Shown in pieces: positions 13,050-64,000 of a DNA stretch of 64,000 nt (position 1 is the stretch's first letter; each line of letters starts with the position of its first letter). The DNA is from Macrostomum lignano (Eukaryota), in contig NIVC01002915.1 in NCBI GenBank assembly GCA_002269645.1, positions 6,966 through 70,965 of the forward strand, given 5' to 3'. The notes under the pieces were generated by a model, which was not told the DNA's origin, made no database searches, and worked only from the letters and a program-made list of their open reading frames with translations. A program made the position numbers and the translations under genes.

Positions 13050-16000
13050 TCCAATATACTAAAAATCAAAACTATGTACCTACCTATCTATCTATCTATC
13101 TATAGGAACCTTCGTTTAACTTGACTTTGCGTGGTCGGAATTTCATGGGGTTTTCTGCATTCGATGCGTATTGATGATGCGCTGGTACACAACATTTTGC
13201 TAAGAAATTGCTTCATTTTTTCGGGATTAAATATTCGAAAAACTCGATTTTTGCCCCGTTTTTTTAAAGTTCAAACAGTTCTTTCCGATTGAGAAGCAGT
13301 CTGACTGCCGATGGAATTGTATTGCATCATAACTCAGTGCCAACTATAGCATTGGTTCTCTACACTGGCGTGGAGAGCTAAAAGCGTTGAAAGGTTGCGC
13401 AACACATTTTAATTGAGGGGCGGGTGTCGCTATTCAATTATTCATGGGCTGGCTTGGTTGTTAATTTCAATGCATCAACTTGCAGGCCTCTCACTGTAGC
13501 TGGCGCTGAATGTACACCTTATGAATTTGAATGCTTTAAAGCAGGAATGTTCAATCGTTGTTTGTGCTTCGAGTTTTTTACTTTCAGAAGAGAGCCTTGT
13601 ATTGCTAGAAAGAGCTTGAAACGCTGAGTTCGGGAATATAACTTCTTTGTTTAGATTCGAAAAATTAAAAGCACAGCATTAAAAAGAAGATTTTTATACT
13701 TTTTACTTTATATATACTCATTGTACGCTCTTCCATATCGCAAACCCCTACTTTATCGCAACTCCACAATTCAAGCCAGCGCCATTGTATTTAAATTTAG
13801 ATTGCGTAACCATATTGTTCACTTTAATTGTTGACTTTATTAATTGAAACTGATATTGCCTGCCTGAGAAATTGATTATGTCATAACTTGCTTCGAGTGA
13901 TTTCTACTCTATGCTTGGAGTTTTCAGTGTTGAATTATATATGTGCTACAATTCATGTTATCAAAACGATGAGTTAGCCTAGAGCTGAACAGACTGAACT
14001 GCTAATGCAGCGACGTGGGTTCGAATTTTTAGAGAGTAAAAGTTTTTATTAAAAATTTTAACTTTAAAAAACGTCTGGTAAATCAAGTAAAAAAGAAGAA
14101 GCTACGAGCGTTCATGTAGTATATTCAAAAATTTTTTATTAAACTTTGAATTTTGAAAAGGATTATTGCACTAGATAAGAAACTACATGTAATTATTGTA
14201 CTAGCTGAGTAAATTGTTTCACTATCTTGCTTGGGTTACTTTCTATCAGGGGATGCTTGCTATCAAAAGGACGCTTGCTCTTAGGGCATGCTTGATCGGG
14301 TGAGATTGCTAAGATGTCAAGACATACTGGGCAATTATTCAGATATGCAGGCTTACTGGGGAATTACTGAGATGTCAAGCCTTAAAGGGACTTGCTGAGA
14401 TGCCAAAAGGAAATTGCTGAGGTTTCAAGGCGTGGGGGAATTTCTGAGATGTCAGGCCCTTGGACGGGGAGAAATTGCTAAGTTGTGAAGACTTACTGAG
14501 AAAATCACTGAGCCTTGACACCTCAGTTCATTCTCTCTTAAGCTTTGACATCTCAGCAATTCGCTCTCAAGGCTGAAGAGGGACTTTCTGAGATGCCAAG
14601 GCTTGGTGGGGGGATTGCTGAGATGTTAAGGCTTGGGGGGATTTCTGAGATATAAAGGCTTAATGGGGGAACTGCTGGCGTGGGGGGGGGAATTTCTAAA
14701 ATGTCAAGGCTTGGGGGAATCGCTGAGATGTTAAGACTTACTGGGGGAATCGCTGAGATGTCAAGTCTTGGCGGGGGAATTCCTGAACTTTCAAGTCTTA
14801 AGAGCGAATTGCTGAGATGTCAAAGCTTAAGAGAGAATTACTGAGGTCTCTAGGCTTGGGGGGAATTGTTGAGATGTCAAGTCTTGGGGGGGGGAATTCT
14901 GTGGATTGGGGATTCCTTCCATGAGGGCTGCTTCTAATGGATATGTTTAGATAGGTGATTCATTGGGAAATTCCATCGATGGGGGATTCTTTCGATGGAG
15001 GGTTCTTTGGCCTAGGATTTTATTGATGGGGGATTATTTAGATGGGAGATTCTTTGGATTCTTTAGATGGAGATTATTTGGAGTATGATTCTTTGGATTA
15101 TTTGTACGGGGTTCTTTAGATGAAGGGACTCAGATTCAATGATTCTTTTGATGGAGGTTTATTTGGATGAGTGAATATTTGCATTATTTTGATCGGGATT
15201 CTGTGGATGGGGATTATTTTGATCGGGATTCTGTGGATGGGGGGATTCTTTGGATAGGGATGGATGGGGGGATTCTTTGGATAGGGATGGATGGGGGGAT
15301 TCTTTGGATAGGGATGGATGGGGGGATTCTTTGGATAGGGATGGATGGAGGGATTCTTTGGATAGGGATGGATGGGGGATTCTTTGGATTGGGATGGATG
15401 GGGGATTCTTTGGATTGGGATGGATGGGGGATTCTTTGGATTGGGATGGATGGGGGATTCTTTGGATAGGGATGGATGGGGGATTCTTTGGATAGGGATG
15501 GATGGGGGGATTCTTTGGATAGGGATGGATGGGGGATTCTTTGGATAGGGATGGATGGGGGATTCTTTGGATAGGGATGGATGGAGGGATTCTTTGGATA
15601 GGGATGGATGGGGGATTCTTTGGATTGGGATGGATGGGGGATTCTTTGGATTGGGATGGATGGGGGATTCTTTGGATTGGGATGGATGGGGGATTCTTTG
15701 GATAGGGATGGATGGGGGATTCTTTGGATAGGGATGGATGGGGGGATTCTTTGGATAGGGATGGATGGGGGGGTCTTTTGATAGGGATGGATGGGGGATT
15801 CTTTTGATAGGGATGGATGGGGGATTCTTTGGATAGGAATGAATGGGGGATTCTTTGGATAGGGGATTCTGTCGATAGGGGATTCATTGGAAGGGGAATT
15901 CTTCGGATCGGGGATTCTATCGATAGGAGGTTTCTTGGATGGGGGCTTTTTGCATGTGAGATTCTTTGTATCGTGGATTCTATGGGTGGTGGATTCTTTG

Positions 16001-17369
16001 GATGGGGGATTCTTTAAATTTGAGATTCAGTTGTGTGAAATTTTATTGCGTGGAAAAACTGTGGTTGGAGTTTGGACGAATAGCCCCAACGGGGGTTGGA
16101 ATTGGCTAGCTGAGGAAATTGTTTCACTAATCTTGGTGGGGGTACTTTCTATCAGGGGATGCTTGCTCGGAAGAGAATTCTAAGATGTCAAGATTTACAG
16201 GGGGAATTATTGAAATACATGTATAAAATCTTACCTATTGGAATTAATGAGATGTGAAGGCTTAAGAGGGACTTGCTGAGATGCAAGGCTTAAGAGGGAC
16301 TTGCTGAGATGCAAGGCTTAAGAGGGACTTGCTGAGATGCAAGACTTGTGGGGGAGAATTGCTGAGATGTCAAGGCTTTGGACGGGGAGAAATTGGTAAG
16401 ATGTCAAGGCTTTGGACGGGGAGAAATTGGTAAGATGTCAAGGCTTTGGACGGGGAGAAATTGGTAAGATGTCAAGGCTTGGGGGAATTTTATGAGGTGT
16501 CGAGGCTCGGGGGAATTGCTGAGATGTAAGTTTTGGGGGGAATTCTATGGATTGATGATTCTTTGGATGAGGGATGCTTCTAATGGATATCTTTGGATAG
16601 GTGATTCATTAGGGAATTCCTTTGATGGGGCATTGTTTCGATGGAGGGTTTTTTGAATGGTTGATTCTTTAGATGAAGGATTCGTTAGATGGGGGTTATT
16701 TGGACGGGGGTTCTTTAGATGAGGGGATTCTTTGGCCAAGAATTCTATTAATAGGGTGATTATTTGGATGGGAGATTCTTTGGATTCGTTGGATGGGGTT
16801 TATTCGGACGGGGTTCTTTAGATGAAGGAAATCTTCGGCCAATTATTTCTTTGATAGCGGATTATTTAGATGGGAGATCTATGGATTATTTAGATGGGAG
16901 ATCTATGCTTTATTTAGATGGGGATTATGATGTGAATTATTTGGACGGGGATTCATTGGGGGGATTTTTTGGAAATGGATGGATGGGGGATTCTTTAGGT
17001 AGGAATGAATTAGGAAATTCTTTGGATAAGGATAAGGATGGATGGAGGATTCTTTATATTTGGATTCTGTGGATGAGGGATTCTTTGGATGGGGATTCTG
17101 TGGATGAGGGATTCTTTGGATGGGGATTCTGTGGATGAGGGATTCTTTGGATGGGGATTCTTTAGATAGGGGCTTCTGTAGATCGGGGATTTCTTGAGTA
17201 GGGGATTCATTGAATGGGGAATTATTCGGATCGGTGATTCTATCGATGGGGGTTCTTTGGATGGGGGATTCTTTGCATGTGAGATTCTTTGCATCGGGGA
17301 TTTTGTGGATGGGGAAAACTGTGGTTGGAGTTTGGACGGAAAGCCCCAACGGGGGTTGGGATTGGCTAG
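13050..17369 (+). mobile_element. Helitron-like element with duplicated 3' block
   Basis: TCCAATATACTAAAAAT start; hairpin plus CTAG at 16106-16109 and again at 17366-17369; 14205-16109 resembles 16106-17369. Confidence 0.65.
14900..17340. repeat. Degenerate 26-27-bp G-rich repeat (GATTCTTTGGATAGGGATGGATGGGG) in two blocks
   Basis: Direct inspection. Confidence 0.85.
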
Positions 17370-17472
17370 TGAGTTTCTAAACGTTGAATGTCAAGTGGGA
17401 TGTGTTTTAGGCTTTTAGTAGGCCTACCATTAAATATTGAATCGTAATAAAAAAGTAACGTCTTTTTTGCAG

Positions 17473-63144
<45,672 letters not shown>

Positions 63145-63599
63145 GTGAGCGAAGTCCTTCCTGGTGAAAGTTTTTTTGCATTTTCTCAGTATCTCAGCTT
63201 CTGGACTTCTCAATTAAAATTGAGAAAGTTTGTCTAGATACTCGTAAAATGACCTAAAGAGACAGTAACCGCTTATATTTCGCGAGAAATTTGCTTCTTT
63301 GTTCGTCTCATAAAAATTTGCTAAACAGAGTTGTGAAATCAACCTCATCTAAAACTCATATTTATTTAGACTGCTCAATTGATTTGTACTCGTAGCTTTG
63401 GTCATTATTCTGCAGTTGGTCCTCAATGTACTTTTGCCCATATCCAAAATTTCATCACGTGGCTGCTTTCTCATCTTTATGATCCATCCAATTAGTCTGA
63501 ATCCATCTTGATTTATTTGTACCCGTTGGTGCTAGTAAATTCCGCGACATCCAAGTAGTCACTGCTGCGGCGAACAAGCGTTGGGATGGTGCGCTGGCT

Positions 63600-64000
63600 C
63601 ATCTGGGCGGCGCCAGGGACCGCCAAAGCACCACAGAGGCAAACTTGGGTCGGGACACTGAACTGCCCGCACTCTCAAGGCCGCCTGGCGGAGAGGAGCT
63701 TAAGTCGAGCTAGTGCTCGACCTTAGCTATGACGTGATCGCGCTGCAGGAGGTGTCCATCAAGGCTGATCCGGACTTCTGTGTGAGCATCTTGGCGCTGG
63801 ATAGACACCCTACTAGACATCGGTGAACCAGCGAGGCCGTGAAGGAGTTTGAATGCTGATACGATCAGGCTTCAGCAGAGCTGTTGCTGGGTTTTCCTGT
63901 CCCCCGGCTACTTGGTCGACATCCGGCTTCGTGGAGGAACACTTGCCTGCTCTGGGCGTATGCGCCCCTGCCACCAGTCCTGTTGAGGCTCAAGACTTCT
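63600..64000 (+). pseudogene. Degenerate RTE-like LINE APE endonuclease 5' part
   Basis: Frameshifted VGTLNC / LDLSYDVIALQEVSI / W.YAP motifs. Confidence 0.65.

Noticed and set aside
63400-63620. HDV-like ribozyme ahead of the RTE fragment
   Set aside because: Could not identify P1/P1.1/P3 pairing by eye, and the element is decayed.

Overview
Eukaryotic (metazoan) genomic DNA with GT-AG introns and TTAGGG-like tracts. The style suggests a flatworm such as Macrostomum, but that is inference only. (1) Bases 1-17.4 kb are a head-to-tail pile of non-autonomous Helitron-like elements (TC...hairpin-CTAG) filled with minisatellites and tRNA-like cassettes; this is probably one very large intron. 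(2) From 17473 to 63144 I can thread about 43 mostly phase-compatible plus-strand exons (about 9 kb CDS, about 3000 aa, both ends outside the window). They encode a giant extracellular mosaic protein with F5/8C-discoidin, fucolectin/FTP-like, FAMeT-like, C-type lectin, kringle and LamG-like modules, built from an internally duplicated exon cassette. In the second cassette a complete kringle exon sits inside an FTP-like domain. (3) Most introns carry their own minisatellite, including a 9.3-kb 30-bp array with higher-order structure. (4) A full-length LOA/R1-group LINE (EN-RT-RNase H, 13-bp TSD) lies antisense in intron 19. (5) An antisense 3-exon gene nested in intron 29 encodes a 218-aa secreted protein with two copies of an unassigned 6-Cys domain. 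(6) Also present: CORE-like tRNA SINEs, hAT-type and long-TIR MITEs, and LINE fragments. Most long ORFs in the supplied track are artefacts of repeats. Exon calls and domain names come from manual translation and remembered motifs, not from database searches.
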